A DNA stretch of 60,672 nt, counting the filler, from Sluysia triapertura (Eukaryota): NCBI GenBank assembly GCA_046118255.1. It is 5 parts of 5 records of this genome, joined end to end, with 100 filler letters (N's around TTAATTAATTAA, not from the genome) between each part and the next. Parts side by side here need not be neighbours in the genome. Positions count along the whole stretch, not along the records: positions 11,979 to 23,826 come from JBJNIA010164149.1; positions 23,927 to 35,108 come from JBJNIA010187756.1; 3 more parts are not named here. One strand, written 5' to 3'. How positions within the stretch are numbered: position 1 is the stretch's first letter; each line of letters starts with the position of its first letter. The position numbers were made by a program, and so were the translations under genes. Positions 12,311 to 26,699 of this stretch are shown here, in pieces. Under the pieces are notes generated by a model. The model was given only the letters and a program-made list of their open reading frames with translations. It had not been told where the DNA came from and ran no database searches.

Positions 12311-14199
12311 AATAAAGTTTTATTTACTTACATATAGGTTATTTCTGATATTGATTTTTACGAAGTTTATTTAGAAAACAAAAATTCACAAAAATCTCAA
12401 AGGAAATATTGTTTATTTCTAACATTCATTTGTTTCCACATCATTTCGTAAATCCACAATTTAAAGTTTCCATATTGAAATTGATTGTAAAGCTAATAAT
12501 ATCATTTCAAGGTCGTCCAATTTTGTCCAATAAAAACATTTTTTAAGTTAAGTATTATGTTTTATTTAACTGATTTATATCATTGTTAAAGAATAACTGA
12601 TTGTAATAGTTTGTATTTAATTTTGTGATTATTAAAAATTTAACGAGATTTCAAACAAAATTAATTTTGTTATTGATTTATTGTTGTTAATTTAAACTGA
12701 AGAGATAATAACAGCACACAGATTATCTCGCATATGCAATATTCCATACTTTTCGGTACATCAAATTTTAAAAACTCTTCCAGTGGAATCTGTCGATACT
12801 TTTTATTTGAAAACCGTTCATTTTGATGAATATTAAATATGTGAAGTTTAAAAGTAAAAGAAAGACATACAACCTTTTACTGAATATAACAAATTTATTC
12901 TAAATTTTAATCTTATTTTTTATATTATAATTTAAAATGAATGCATACAAGAAACTTGACATTTTTCTACGGACTGTTAGGTACGTTAGATACTCTGAAA
13001 ATATTGGATTATTGTCGGAAAGATGTACAAAAGTAGTCAAATATTTTACAGTTGCAGAATTATTATTATCATTAGATTAATTGTTCTTAAAGTATGGATC
13101 GTGAAAACTTTGAAAAAATTATAAAAACTACATTGGAAACATAAACTTTTTAAATTTTTTTCTAACAGTTTTGCTCATTCAGAGATAAATATTAAAAATA
13201 AATTAAAACTGATTACAGTTTCAAAACAATGTCCTCCTTTATATTTTTAAATTTATTTTAACTTTTCTAAAAAAATTAAATATAAAAACAATGAATGCTC
13301 TAAGCTTTATTGTGCAATGTAGCATGAATAAACATAAAAATTAATTTTATCTAAAAATACTTTAATAAAATCTCTTTTTTAAGCAGGAATTGGTTTCTGT
13401 GGTAATACGTAATTTTGAAAAATAATTTTTTATCATAAAAAATTCTGCCAAAATGGAAAATAAAATACAATAGAATACAATACCACACAATACTCCGAAA
13501 TACAATAAGCTTCTTACAAATGCGAAAACAATAAACTCCATATGAATTAATAACTAAAAATCCCTTTCCAATTAAGTAACACTAAATCCAAATTTAATAC
13601 GATACTCATCAATACGCGCGAGCAAGTAAACCAGTAAACCAATACACCAGATATCTCTCCACCTGATGGGGGTAGTTTAGCACTGGCATACATAATTAAA
13701 CAATAATAACAATGGCAAATTAGAAATATTTAGAAAAAATAGAAAGTTAAACATTTTTAAATACTGCGAAAACAGTTAAATAGTTGATTATTTATTAACT
13801 GAATTAGTATATTTTTTCTCATTTGTTCTCTTTTGTCAAGTTAATCTATATATGTCTAATAATTATAATAACAGTTTTCGAAATTTTAATGATTGTTCTA
13901 GTAAAAAAGGAAATTTCATATTACATTGGCTACCAATAATTTAAATAATGAATATCTTTTGAAGATAATAAAAAATGCGGAAATCAAAGTGAATTATGTA
14001 TACTTTACACAGAATGCACAATAACAATAAGATAAGCCATAGATTACATAGTGTTTGTGTTTTAAAAATAATCATATATAGAAAAATTTCCTATCACAAT
14101 TTCACTAGGAAGTTTTTAAAGATATTTTTGCTATTTGTTAAGTGCTTTTAGTATTTATTTCATGGTATATACTAGTGCTATATAAATTATTATGGGTGA

Positions 14200-14878
14200 G
14201 CTTCATTTGTACTTTTAGGCAACTGAATCTTTAACGAATTCATTGATTTTGTCTGAGACTTATTACTGCTGCAAGCAAAAACTGGAAAATCCAGTTTAAT
14301 TTCAACTTTGTTAAACTTTCGTACAGGAGATTTGTTAATTGTTATTGTGAAAGATAATAAATCTAAAGAAAAACAATTAACTTTTTGGTAGCAACTTCAC
14401 AATCTATCAAGTTGGATTGTGAAATAAACTTCACCTCAAAGTTCACTTTTGATATCTTTTGAAGAATTTCAATGGCTCCAACTTTAATTTGTAGTTCATG
14501 TCGAGGCAAAGTAGTATTTAAAAATTCCATTGGATATTCCGATAGGTCTTCTTTTAGGATCAAAAATTATTTGGTCTATTATTGCCAAATTTCCAGGAAG
14601 TTTTTAAATAATTTCGTGCACGTAATTATGATGAATTATATCACCTAATATTTCTGCAGCTAATTTCCTTTCAAGAGATTTCAACAAAAATAATGTTTAA
14701 TGTGACTTAATAGATTCAAAAAAATCAAATAAAAATTTCAATATTAACTTCTGAACAATAATTTGTAACACTTATTACTAGAATGATCTGTTTCCTTCAC
14801 TATGAATGGTTAATTTTTCAGGGCCGTTATTGGAAGACAAAATTACTTTATTTTATAGATAATTTGAATATAATAATT

Positions 14879-14919
<41 letters not shown>

Positions 14920-15190
14920 TAACAACAACAATAATAATAATAATAATAATAATAATACTAACATCGTCATTTCCTATTAGATACATAACAACTTGTTCGA
15001 ATTCAATCAAATATTTCATTTTTGTCATACTACAATGTATAAACATATCCAATTCACTTTGTTCTTCGTACAATTCATGAATACATTCAAGTAAACTTTT
15101 ATTTCGATTAAATTCCTGAGAATATGTTTCAAATAGCGAAGCATTATTTAAAGCTCGAATACACAAATCAATAAATTGTTCCAAATATGG
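14200..15190 (-). pseudogene. Helitron RepHel (Pif1-like helicase) C-terminal remnant
   Basis: YPMEFLNTTLPRHELQIKVGA (cf. YPxEFLNSL..GLPPHxLxLKVGA), KLPGN, LSFTITINKS...KVEIKLDFPVF (cf. FAMTINKSQG..VG+xLxxPVF). Interrupted by a microsatellite. Confidence 0.8.
14885..14956. repeat. (AAT/AAC)n microsatellite
   Basis: Direct inspection; explains the poly-N and poly-I ORFs. Confidence 0.95.
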
Positions 15191-15479
15191 ATATGTGTTA
15201 TGGTTTGACTAAAAATTAAATTATTTGATAAATTAACAATTAATTAATAATTAATTAATAATTAAAATTATAGTTATTATCATTAAAAAATGTTTTTAAA
15301 ATTTTTTACTTTATTAATAAGACCCGGTTTGCAGCAGTTCGATTAATTCTTATTTCGAATTATCTAATTAACAGAAGCTATCATTACTTGGTTACAGATG
15401 AAATAGCCAATTATGAAATTAAATTAAATTAAGTATTTATTACTTTAAATATTAATAGAAATATATTTTGTAATTTGAC

Positions 15480-16310
15480 TTCACTTAAGTTCGATCAAAA
15501 TTTGATAGATATTTTACTAAATATTTCAAAATGCACATGCCGAAAAAATCCTTCAGACCTTTGTTTTAGAGTCATTACATCTTTTATCCAGGTGTACGTA
15601 TGTGCTACTAAGAATAAGTGGATAGAACAAAAGCATACGTATTTGATTGATTCAATAGTTCTAATAGTATGTGAATTAGTGTACTTTGTTAAATATTTGC
15701 CAAACGTGCGTGTTTATAATAACATAATGGCTATGTAATAATGTTTAATGATTGTGTTACTAAGAATAGAAATGACGCATTTACTAAAAATAAAAATTGA
15801 ATATTCCAGAAATAATTTGTTTAAGTGTGGCATTGCTGGACTATTGAAGCACATCAGAATTCCTGCGTGCTCTACTCAAGCAACTCATAATATGTGGTTA
15901 CTCCACGAAAAGGACCTAAATAACGAAACCTGAAATAGAAAATTATTCCAATCTTTAATGACTATGAAATAGTCACCTCTAACAGAGCACATTAATTTAA
16001 TTTAATAATTATTAATTTAATTTAAATTATTTGTCCACAGTTACCATATTACATTTGTAAGAAGCAATTACATTTCAGTTTTAGTTCATTTAATGAAAAG
16101 TATATTGAAGTAGACATGAATGTGCATAAAAATTTAAAGTGTACAATCAGATTGAGATCATGTTACCTCTATAACGAAAATGTAAAACGAACATATTGCC
16201 TCTGTAACATAATTTTGAAGTTATTGCAACTTAAAATTAAGAAATTGTAAGTCTGTATCTTTGAAACGGAATATCATTCGGAGATAAGGATTGGTTTTAA
16301 AAAATAATGG
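15480..16310 (+). pseudogene. Very decayed hAT (Ac-like) transposase remnant
   Basis: VCATKNKWIEQKHTYL (cf. TxDxWT..SY), HIRIPACS (cf. HxxCxAH), ET*N (cf. TRWNS), KSVSLKR (cf. ATSVxSER). Confidence 0.3.
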
Positions 16311-17056
16311 AAACTGTCATAAGTTCTATAAATTTATTTTAATTACACACGGCAGAACAATGAAATTTTAATTCAAGAGATTATTTCCTGTCTTATCGGA
16401 AATGCCATAAATTATAAATATTGTTACAATAATTAAAAAACTTAAATTGTAACCAAACTTTTATCGTCTGTTCAAATATGAATCATTATCCAATCAGATT
16501 GAATATATATAATACAAATAAAAACATTTATTAACAATGGAGTATAACTTATTTCTTATAATACTTTAGTATTTTCGACATATTCGCCACATTTATTATC
16601 CATCACTAACTCAAAAATATTTTCATCAAATGTCGATCTAATTCGCAGATTTGCAATGATACAATATCAATATTTTTATTCACATTTTCAACTTTCTCAC
16701 ATTTTGTAATTCTTCTTTTTTCCTTTTTGTCTTGCAATAGCTTCATCCAAATTTCCTTATTCTTGTGGAAATTGATTATTTTGAGACGATTTCGAAAAAA
16801 TGTTTTTAGAAATCATTAGTCAATGAGGATTCGGAGCAGTAAGATAAATTAAATTTCCAACGTAACATCGGTGGAGCATATTTAATGCGTGTAAATTGAC
16901 GTGCACCCTCTTAATTTAGTTATTATTATAACTATTATTACCATTCAGATTAACATTGTGCGATGATAACTTTATCGTCATTTGTAGTGGTGGGGGTGAA
17001 ACTGGAGTTAGAAAGTGTTTCAAAAATGGTGATTGTTTGCAAAGAATTGTTATATA

Positions 17057-17122
17057 TGTTAGACTTCATGAAATGGATTAACTGGGGATCGAACACGGGA
17101 CCTCTCGCTGCTCAGTTCGATG
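17057..17122 (-). mobile_element. Truncated tRNA-LTR family copy (3' half)
   Basis: TGTTAGACTTCATGAAATGGA..GGGGATCGAAC matches the full copies at 29079, 38420 and 60194. Confidence 0.8.
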
Positions 17123-17699
17123 AATTGAAAACTTTTATTTTACAACAAAAACAAGTACGTACATAATCAAATAATATGATACAATAAATATATAAAGAGG
17201 GATCATATTTATATAAAAAGTAGTTAATGTAATAAGGCTGATACTGATTGTCCATTTAAGATATAGATATTCGTGGTGCTGCTGCTGCTGCCAGTTGTGC
17301 TGCTGGTGATAAGAAAAATGTTAATAATTGTTGTCGAACTATGGGGTCACAAGCATACCATTGATAAGTCAGAAAGAACAAAGAAAGATATTAAATCGTC
17401 ATCACACCAATGATAAATCACAGACATATAATTAAGTGGGTGAAATAAAAAAATGAGAATATAGGAAAATAAATAAAAGAAAAAATAAATAAAAATAAAA
17501 GAATAGAAAGAAATCAAAACCACTGAATGCAAAATGAAAAGAAGAAGGAAGTGAAAATGAAAATGTGAAAAAGAATATCAGTTGTTGTATAATAGATTGA
17601 TTATTCCCCAAAACCAAAAGATTAAAGATTAAAAGCACCCAAGAAAGAGGATAAACAAACTCATAAAAGTACCAAGATTAAGTCACATATGACAACAAT

Positions 17700-18630
17700 A
17701 TTATTTATGTGGGATATTGGAGGGAATTGTCCTTGTAGATTTTAAAGGAGGATTCAATGGAGAGTTTGATACACTGGCGTGCTAAACCAGTTATCGGCCC
17801 TACGGAAGCCTAGTTTTTTCAGAAGGATACCATTTTAAGGATCCCAAGAACCAAGTGCTCCAACGACAAACGTGTCAAGGGAAACCTGACATTTAAGTTG
17901 TATTTGGAGATTATCTCTCAGATCGGAATATTTCGTAATGTTGGAAGTTCGGGCCGCCTTAAATTTCTCATAATCATTAATCGGCGACTTGACGTCAATG
18001 AGAAAAAGTTGGGAAGAATTGGTACCTTGCGCTTGTATATCAAGTTTTCGATAGTCACCAGTGAGAGGAGTTTGTATATCCTTTTGACTGAGAAAGTTTA
18101 TGTTTAAGTTTACTATGAAACATTCGAGAATCTTATTGTCTGACTTTACGACTAATGATAGTTCGAGGACAAAGACATAGCACGTGGGTAATTGTTTCCC
18201 GTTCAGAGCCACACCGACACCTAATGGGAAGATGCAGTCGAATATTTTGTGGAGAGAAATTAAGCTTAAATTACTATTCCTAGCCTTAATCATAAAAATC
18301 CAACTCTGGTTGTTTAACTGTAAAGGACTTCTCATGAATCATTCGACAAAGCGACCTTGGGTTTTGAGGGATTTTCAAATGTTTGTATTGGAAATGTGAA
18401 TCAATGCATGAAGATATTTACTTACTTTCTCTTTATGAAACCGATTTAATATGACTTCGTTTATTTTATTTTGTCCTCACAGTAAAATAAGCTAGCAGAA
18501 ATTTGGTATTTTCGGTGTAAATTGAGGATAGATTGTCGAATTTTGGTCTGCCATGTCAGAAGTCGTGAACGCTTATCGGGCTTACCGCCATTCAGCCAAG
18601 ATAGAGTATCAGAATGTTCTCGACTTTATT
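17700..18630 (-). pseudogene. R2-superfamily (NeSL/R5-like) non-LTR retrotransposon 3' fragment: zinc knuckle and restriction-like endonuclease
   Basis: QGRF..WIFMIKARN, CRCGSERETITHVLCLC, KLDI..LIDVKSP..KAARTSNITKYSDL..FVVGALGSWDP*N. Confidence 0.85.
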
Positions 18631-18633
18631 TAA

Positions 18634-18714
18634 TCTACCCACTGAGCTATCAGCTCCGTCTAACAATTTTATTTTATTACAGTCAATATTACCATCATAG
18701 CACTTTAGGCCTAT
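18634..18714 (-). mobile_element. Truncated tRNA-LTR family copy (5' half)
   Basis: CACTGAGCTATCAGCTCCGTCTAACAATTTT...CACTTTAGGCCTAT matches the full LTRs. Confidence 0.8.
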
Positions 18715-18759
18715 GGTAAAAGTGATTGGAAGATTCCAAGATTTCTCCGTAGTTGATTT

Positions 18760-19850
18760 TAATATTTTGCAATTACGGTAAGATCATAATTTTGTGATTA
18801 GTAATCACAACCTTTGGACATTCATATTATACTTTCATTTTTTGAAATAAGTAAAATAAACAATAAGGTTGGTTATATCCAAATATAAAATAATGAAAAC
18901 GAGAACACATAATAATAATAATAAATATAATAGAAATAATTTAATTTCTTCGTCTTCTTGTTTTTGATTATCATCTGTGACGATATTTCATTTTCTACCA
19001 TATAAGGTTCACTAAATTATCCCATACAAATTTAGAAAGTTCTTCCATAAGAACTTATCTCAGCATGATTTTACCATTGCCTTCGAACATCAGTTTCCAT
19101 TTCCAATTTTTAAATTCAATGGGTATCCATTGTTCATTGTATCGAAATAATCATTCGTGAAGTAAAGTTCACACGGGATATTTGCGATTAATGTATTTGA
19201 CATTTAGATTTATTTCTGAATATGGTTCTCGAAAGAAGCCATAAGGTATCATATGAACATTGATTTTGTTGTTGGTCATGAAACAGAAATATTGTTGATG
19301 CCTTATTAAATAAGTAATAAAACTATTATTTGTCGTTGAATCTCCAGTTATTAAATCAATTTGGCTCGAAGACCGCGGAAAGTTAATTTATCCAAAATTC
19401 CTGATTTTATATTGTAAATTCTTTCTAAAAATGATTAAGTTTTCAGGTAATGCTATTTTTATTGGTGAGGATTTGTTTTGATTTATTAACTATATATTTA
19501 TAGCTTAAAGATTTTAGTCCAGGCAGAGTTATTTTATCACCAGCAAACACATTGAATATAAGTAATATTTTAGGTTTACAGATGTAATTTCGAATTTGAT
19601 AATAATTCATATAAATATTATACAATTTTCTAATTGCAAATACATCGAATTGGAGTGTATTCGTTCCATCTTGATTTCGTGTGATAATTACATGCCATCA
19701 GTAGACTATTTACAATACATATTATGTTAGTTTGAAAAATAATCAAAGTAAAGTCCTTAAATTTCTCAACATATTGTATAAGTTTGCATGCATGGAATAG
19801 TAAATGTGCAATTGATCTTGTTTATGACGTCAACATTTTATGAACAAATG
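18760..19850 (-). pseudogene. Ty3/gypsy-type integrase remnant
   Basis: KILLIFNVFAG (cf. LV+VDxFS), FMTNNKINVHMIPY (cf. F..xGIxH..PY), NWKWKL, LYGRK (cf. SPxELxYGR), YECPKVVI (GPY/F-like). Heavily degraded. Confidence 0.45.
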
Positions 19851-20086
19851 AAAATAAATGTGTCTATTTTTTGTAAAATGGTTAAACATTATTTTCATTT
19901 GTGTTAGTATATAAATACATAAGTTTCAGATTTAAATCATTATTCTTAAATATTTATGTTGATGATGATATGATGAAAAATTCAATTTCTGAAAATGGTA
20001 CTCATGAAAATAATAATAATAATAATAACCGGACGGTTATAATCAATCAAATGAACGATTCGAAAATCACAAGATTACAATGCTTT

Positions 20087-20215
20087 NNNNNNNNNNNNNN
20101 NNNNNNNNNNNNNNNNNNNNNNNNNNNNNNNNNNNNNNNNNNNNNNNNNNNNNNNNNNNNNNNNNNNNNNNNNNNNNNNNNNNNNNNNNNNNNNNNNNNN
20201 NNNNNNNNNNNNNNN
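20087..20215. other. Assembly gap (129 N)
   Basis: Run of N. Confidence 0.99.
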
Positions 20216-20949
20216 AGCAGGAATATTTCTAAAGCACTTAGTATTTTTATTTTCTTTCAGAAGCAATAATTTATACTTTTATCGATTATTGCTTTGATTA
20301 AGAAGTGCACATCAGTTTCTTGCTAAAACAATGTAATATGATTTAGTCACATTTAGAAAGCAAATAAATGTAATAATAAAATAATAAATATAACTCGGAT
20401 TTTATTCACGGATTTTACAAAATCCTAATAAAATACAAAGCTTCGAGAAAATATTGAATCTATGAATTGTCTAAAGTTTACAAATAATTTTAATGCGAAT
20501 AAGATACATTAATTATTAACAAGCACAAGTTAACTTTACCAATTTTGTAAGTCTATTTTAAATTAAAGTAATAGCATTTAAATTTTATTACAAAACTAAT
20601 CGAATTTAAACCAAGTAAAAGTCGCATTGTCAAGACTTAATAAAATCATTAAATAAAGGAGATTTAAATTTATTTGAATAAAATAAAGTAATATTTACAA
20701 TAATTATAACATTTATAAAGTAATGTTTATTTTATTATAAAGAAAATAATTTAAGCTAAAGTAATAAATAAATAAATAAATTAGTTTGTAAACAAATTTA
20801 TTAAAATTTAAATAATTTCAATTTAAAGTAATACTTACTTATTTCATTACATGTTATGTACTATATTAAGAAACTTGCTGTCAATAATTTTTAAAATTAT
20901 AATAAAATAAAACTGATGTGGCTTTACTTAAACGCGATTAATCTACAAT

Positions 20950-21300
20950 CACAAAAGAATAATTTTAAATCACTGAGTTCATCCGTGATCCAAGTCTTAC
21001 AAAATTAAGGGTTCGTGCGCAGGATTTTTATATAAAAGAATGAAATATCAGAATTTATGGGGGTCAAATTATTTGCGCAAAGAAGAGTTTCTACTGAATT
21101 TATCATTAATCTTGATGAAGCTTTAAATGTTAATTTATATTAGGATTGGCTTAGGTTGAGTCTGGAACTCCTTGCACTACTGAGGTTCTCGTTTACACGA
21201 GGCTAATTAAGAAATGAATTTATGACATTAGTTAAAATAAGACATGAAATAATTGTATGATAGATTTTCCAACTTTTAACGCTATAGTTTGTTTATAGCC
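20950..21300 (+). pseudogene. Possible hAT (Buster/Charlie-like) transposase fragment
   Basis: TEV..TRG..KIRHEI across a frameshift resembles HTEVRWLSRG...LRxEI. Confidence 0.25.
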
Positions 21301-23826
21301 TGTTTAAAATAATAAGCAGAAATATCCAATAATTGATGAACAAATAAATAAAGGACATAACGAATTGATATTTTCTATACCAAATTAACTACTACTACTA
21401 TTATACTTTAAGGCGATAAAATAAAAATTCAGATTAATAGTTTAAACCTCAAAAGAGAATTTAGAAATTTCTTGAAATTTTATTTTGACATTAACGACCT
21501 ATTTAAAATAGCCGGTACAAAATTAAAGTAAGTTACGTGGATTTTAGCATGTTATTAATTGCTTGAAACTTAATGATAAAGAAAAACAGTGATAAAAAAA
21601 CAGTTAATTAATTAATTGAATGTCGCCAAGTCACCATATAAAAATCATATTGTATATATTTAGAAATTCTGTATAAAATAGCGTAAAATATAAATTATTT
21701 CGTATGTTCGAAATCGGAGGTTAATCTAATAATTGTTGTAAAAGGTTGATATCATAAACTGTGTTATCATATTTAATTATTAAAATGGTGTAACGATTTT
21801 TGTGCCTAAACTTTTGTAAAACTGACTCTGCAATCAATTAATTATTACACAATTGGTTTTTTAAATAAAATAATTAAACACTATTTATAATGTGTTACAT
21901 TGCTTGACTTTAAAGGTTATGATTAGCCACAATAAGTAAATTGTGTACTTATGTTTCAATTTATGACTATGTATATTTTTACTTATAAATGATTTTTATG
22001 AAAAAGGCATATTTATTATTATTATTATTATATTTTTTGGCGCCGATTATTATATCATTATTAAATTATTATTTAGCATTAATATTATTATATCACATCA
22101 TTATTATGTTAATATTATTAATATGATTACTATATTATTATTTACATCATTATTATTATTATTATATAATGTCTTGACAAACGTTATATTTCTATCTTGC
22201 CAAAACTATTTCATAATTCTCATTTAGTATTTGCTTAATCTCATTGTAAATTTTATGTCAAGTAAATTTTAACGAAATTTATAATAGAAAATATGTAAAC
22301 TAAAACAAATGAATTTAATTAATATTAAAATAAATTAATTTTTTTAAATATACTATCAGGCGCTTTTAAATTATTTTCTTTTGTTTTATTCTTTTTGATT
22401 CATTTTAAATAAAATTTCTTTAAGTTTTTTACTCTGTGTTCTAAAATTAAAAATTAATTTAATTAAATTTGATATAATTTTAATTTGGTATGATGAATGT
22501 GAATAGATTTTAATGTTTTAATTAACAAAAATAGTTTTCAAACTTATTACATTGGAAAGTGTTTGGTTTAATGATGAAAATAAAATGAATCTTATACTTT
22601 AAAAATATTTATTACATTAGATATTAGACTTTACGTTTATTTTGTATAGGTTTTATGAGTTTATTTATAAAGTAAATTATTTCATAAAACATCTCTGATG
22701 GTAATTAAATATGTAAATACTGAGCTTAGCAAACAAAGACGTATTTGTTAGTAAAGATTAATGCATCAATACATTTTGAAATAATCAAGGATCACCAAAG
22801 AAATCTAATTAAATTCTATTAAAAATATTAATTTATGATATCAATTTAATAATATCAAATACTAAATAATATCAAAGTTCTCCAATAACAATATAGAATT
22901 TCAATAATATCACGTTTCTCCAACAATTTTCTTAATAATAATATTAATAATATAAAAGTTTTCTAATAGTGTTATCAATATTACACTATTACACTATTAC
23001 ACTATTTTATATAATATTTTCCAGTGATATATTATATGGCCAATAATTCCTTCAATTCCATTCTATAATTAAAATCAGAAATGATTTTAATGGCTTTTCA
23101 CCATGATGTGGCCAATTTCCTCTAGATATTAATTTTTCCTATGATATTTATTCGGCCAAATTAAAATTCATTTATTTTTGAGTATGTATTCACACAGTGG
23201 TTATGTGTCACATTGTATTTCTCTTTTACCAAAATCGTAAGTGTTTCCTTTTTTGTTTAATTTATTAAGTGAATTTATTTCTTAATTGAAAACTTTTAAG
23301 TTGTATCTTTTGAATTATAATTTAAAATTTATTATAAAAGTTTTGTTTTAATTATCATGGACTGGATGTTGTAAATCAAGCATTGTGGTAAAGTATTATG
23401 TTGTCGTTAATGCCGTAAGTTCAGTGGTTGTAATGACATAACATTGAGACTGATGAGTGTCAGACAAGTTAATACCGTGAGGAAGTATTTACGAACAATA
23501 GGGAACAACAATACTTCAGGCAAATTGTAGGTTTTTAATCATAGAAAGTCTTACTATAAAATCCAAAGACTTGGTTCTGAATAGAGAAAGATGAATTTTA
23601 AAAGCAAGATATATAAATAGTAAATTGTTTACTATTATTGTTGCGTCTTTAAAATCTGTGAGTTATTATAACTCAATATTATTATCTTGATAAGCTTAAT
23701 AATTTCAGTCGTTATTATATCAAGTATAATTATACCGTAATCCCTTTTCTATAACTATGTCAATAACTATTATACCAAATTTAAATTCTTGAAAATCAAA
23801 TCAAAACTAAGACAATGATGTACTAT

Positions 23827-23926
23827 NNNNNNNNNNNNNNNNNNNNNNNNNNNNNNNNNNNNNNNNNNNNTTAATTAATTAANNNNNNNNNNNNNNNNNN
23901 NNNNNNNNNNNNNNNNNNNNNNNNNN
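23827..23926. other. Assembly gap with artificial spacer
   Basis: N44-TTAATTAATTAA-N44. Confidence 0.97.
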
Positions 23927-24764
23927 AACTTGAATTTACAGGGTTTCCCGATCTATTAAGTCACTGTTGCAATCAATTAAGTCTACTTTAAATAGATGGA
24001 AACTACCTGATCCAAATATTTAAAATTTGATATTTAACTCACATCGCCAATAACATATAGTTATAATCTTTCTTATCGAAAACATGTATTAATATTAATA
24101 TTAACTTTAAATTATTTTATTGCTGAATGTTTGCAATGATGAATTATATTTTTTCAAAATTCTCTTGTTCATAAAATGCAGTTTCGTTTGTAGAGTTCAT
24201 TCTGACATTTTCTTCATTTGATACATTATTTCTGTTACTTCCATGTGCCTTTTTATTAAATGATCCATTTGTTTCTTGTGACCTGGTTTCTATTTCCTTT
24301 GTCCTTATAATTTTTAACCTTGAAATAAAAAGTAATTTTTTATACAACAGAAACAAAATCCAACAGTGAAGTAAAACTTTGTAAACAATATGCTAAGGTA
24401 AGTATAAATAATAAAATAGAAGAGTAGAGAGATAATAAGAATAATTCGATGCCGACGTTGACTGAAATAATGACAATATGATAACTATAAATTGAAAGGG
24501 TTTGTACAACTAATTTCTACTTATGTTAGTGGATAAACACTAGTTTAAATTATTTAAGATTTTATGATTAAGATTAAGGATAAATATTAGTAGGATTAGA
24601 TTTTAAGATTAAGGATAAGTATTAGTAGTAACGATGTGAGGATTGATGAAATATTTCATGATTATATGGATTCAAAATGGGGTTTCATGCGTGTATGTAG
24701 TATTTACTACATAATATAATCATAGTTGAAGGGCTGAACCACCACACAAGGATAGCTTTAATAT

Positions 24765-25017
24765 TTAGCAAAGTCAAATTTTAATTAATTTTCAATAATG
24801 GAATATTGAAATTTTTAAACTTAGAATGATGAAAAGATAATGAACTGTAAATGAGAAAATTGTTATGACATAATAGAATCTAAAAGTAAGTTTGAAAAGT
24901 CTGTAGAGTGGTTTGTTTGAGAACAAGAACCTTAAACACTTTTCGGCGTAAAAAACTGAAAATCAATTACATTCTAAAAACAAAAATTAAATTCATTTTT
25001 TTATGTATGTTAACAAT
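24765..25017 (+). repeat. Dispersed repeat family A, copy 1
   Basis: Colinear with 29305-29557 (e.g. TGTAGAGTGGTTT(G/A)TTTGAGAA) and inverted at about 33460-33700. Confidence 0.8.
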
Positions 25018-26699
25018 GCAATATAATTCAACGCAAAACATAAATTGTTCACAATTTTTTATTTGGTTGAAATTTATGAAATGATTTACAAGTAAAATAT
25101 AACTTCACAGAATATGAATTGTTTCGAAATTTTATTTAGTTGAATTTTACAAAATAAAAATCTGATTTTAAATAATATAATAACTTTTAAAATCAAATTT
25201 TTAATTGTGGTTTACACTCACCAAGATTATTTGTTTTGTAATTACCAAAGTCAAATTTCTAGTCAAAAGTCAAATATTTAATTACTAAAATCGAATACTA
25301 AATCATTGTAATTATAGAATCAGCATTATAAATATTAAAATATTTTGTCAGGTAATTATTTAGTTTCCTGCATCAATATTACTATTTATGAAATTGTATG
25401 TTAATTTTATTACATTAAATTTATCATCCATTACAATCATGCATAAAATTCATTAATCATTAAGAAAGTTATTCGTCACAAACTTTAAAAATTTATATTA
25501 CATAAATTGAAGTTTATAATATAAGGAATTAAACACGCACTTTTCTTTACATAAACAGACAAAGTACTGAACTAAAAATTTTTATATTCATTTATTTATT
25601 ATTTATATCATTCTTATTAACGTACTATACATTCATTATTTACATACACATTTTAATATACATCATTATTTAAATAATACTACTTATGATTTATGTAATT
25701 CATTTCGAGACTGGGTTGCATAATTTCAACATTAATAATATTCAAAATTTCATTCACCCATACGTCTTAAAATAATTACTATAATTCATTTCATACTATT
25801 TATTTTTACAACATAAAACTTATTAGCATACATTCTGTTATTCAGTAATAGAGTCGAACGTATAATTTATATTATTCAGTTATAATTAATTCAGTAACAC
25901 AATTTTAATTATAATTATAATTATAATTATATAACAAGATGACAAAATATCACTCATTATAACAAAATAATTAAACTTTAAATCAACTATAAATAACAAA
26001 ATAATATGATAATGAAACACCTATAAAAGTTAACTGATTTGCTTCCCATCTCATACAAATCTATTTTCATTAAATATTAACTAAAATCGTCAAACATTAT
26101 TTGCACCACTCGCACTAAGTAGTGAAGAACCACCGACATCCAAAAGATTTCATTATTTATATTAATCGTAAGATAAAAAATAAGTAGAATTTTTGACGAG
26201 AATATTAAATGTGTAAAGAATGTCTAATTATGTGGAAAAGAATTTAATTTATAAAATAAAGAAAAGGCCATGTAATTTTTGCATTAAATTTCTATAATAT
26301 CAATAATATGATAATAATAGAATAATTAAACATATATAATTAAACGTGCATGACAATAATAATAATAATTTTCAACAAAATTCCAAATAGCATCCAGGCC
26401 TGAATTATGTAATGTAAAATAATTTTGGTTACCAAGCATATTACAAATACATATTTTTCAGATATGCTGATGTGCTTTCAAATGGCTAAATTTAATTAAA
26501 CAATAAAATCAAAAATAATATTTATTGTGATAAAAAATAAAATATCACACAATAAAATTCTTACAAATTTTTGGCTTATAAAATTAAACAAAAATGGCTG
26601 CAAAATTGTTGAATGTTTGAAGTTTAAAAAAATATCATGATGGGGGAAGGAGATGACATTAAATAACTATATTGTTTAAAGATGAACACTGTTGAAGAG

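Noticed and set aside
14783-14980. Poly-Asn and poly-Ile ORFs
   Set aside because: Translation of an (AAT)n microsatellite.
16320-16914. Kolobok-like end (GTGCACCCTC-TTAA)
   Set aside because: No partner TIR or recognisable transposase.
23030-23620. Possible piggyBac remnant; likewise Harbinger-like GIDG at about 56500
   Set aside because: Only isolated short resemblances, insufficient without an alignment.
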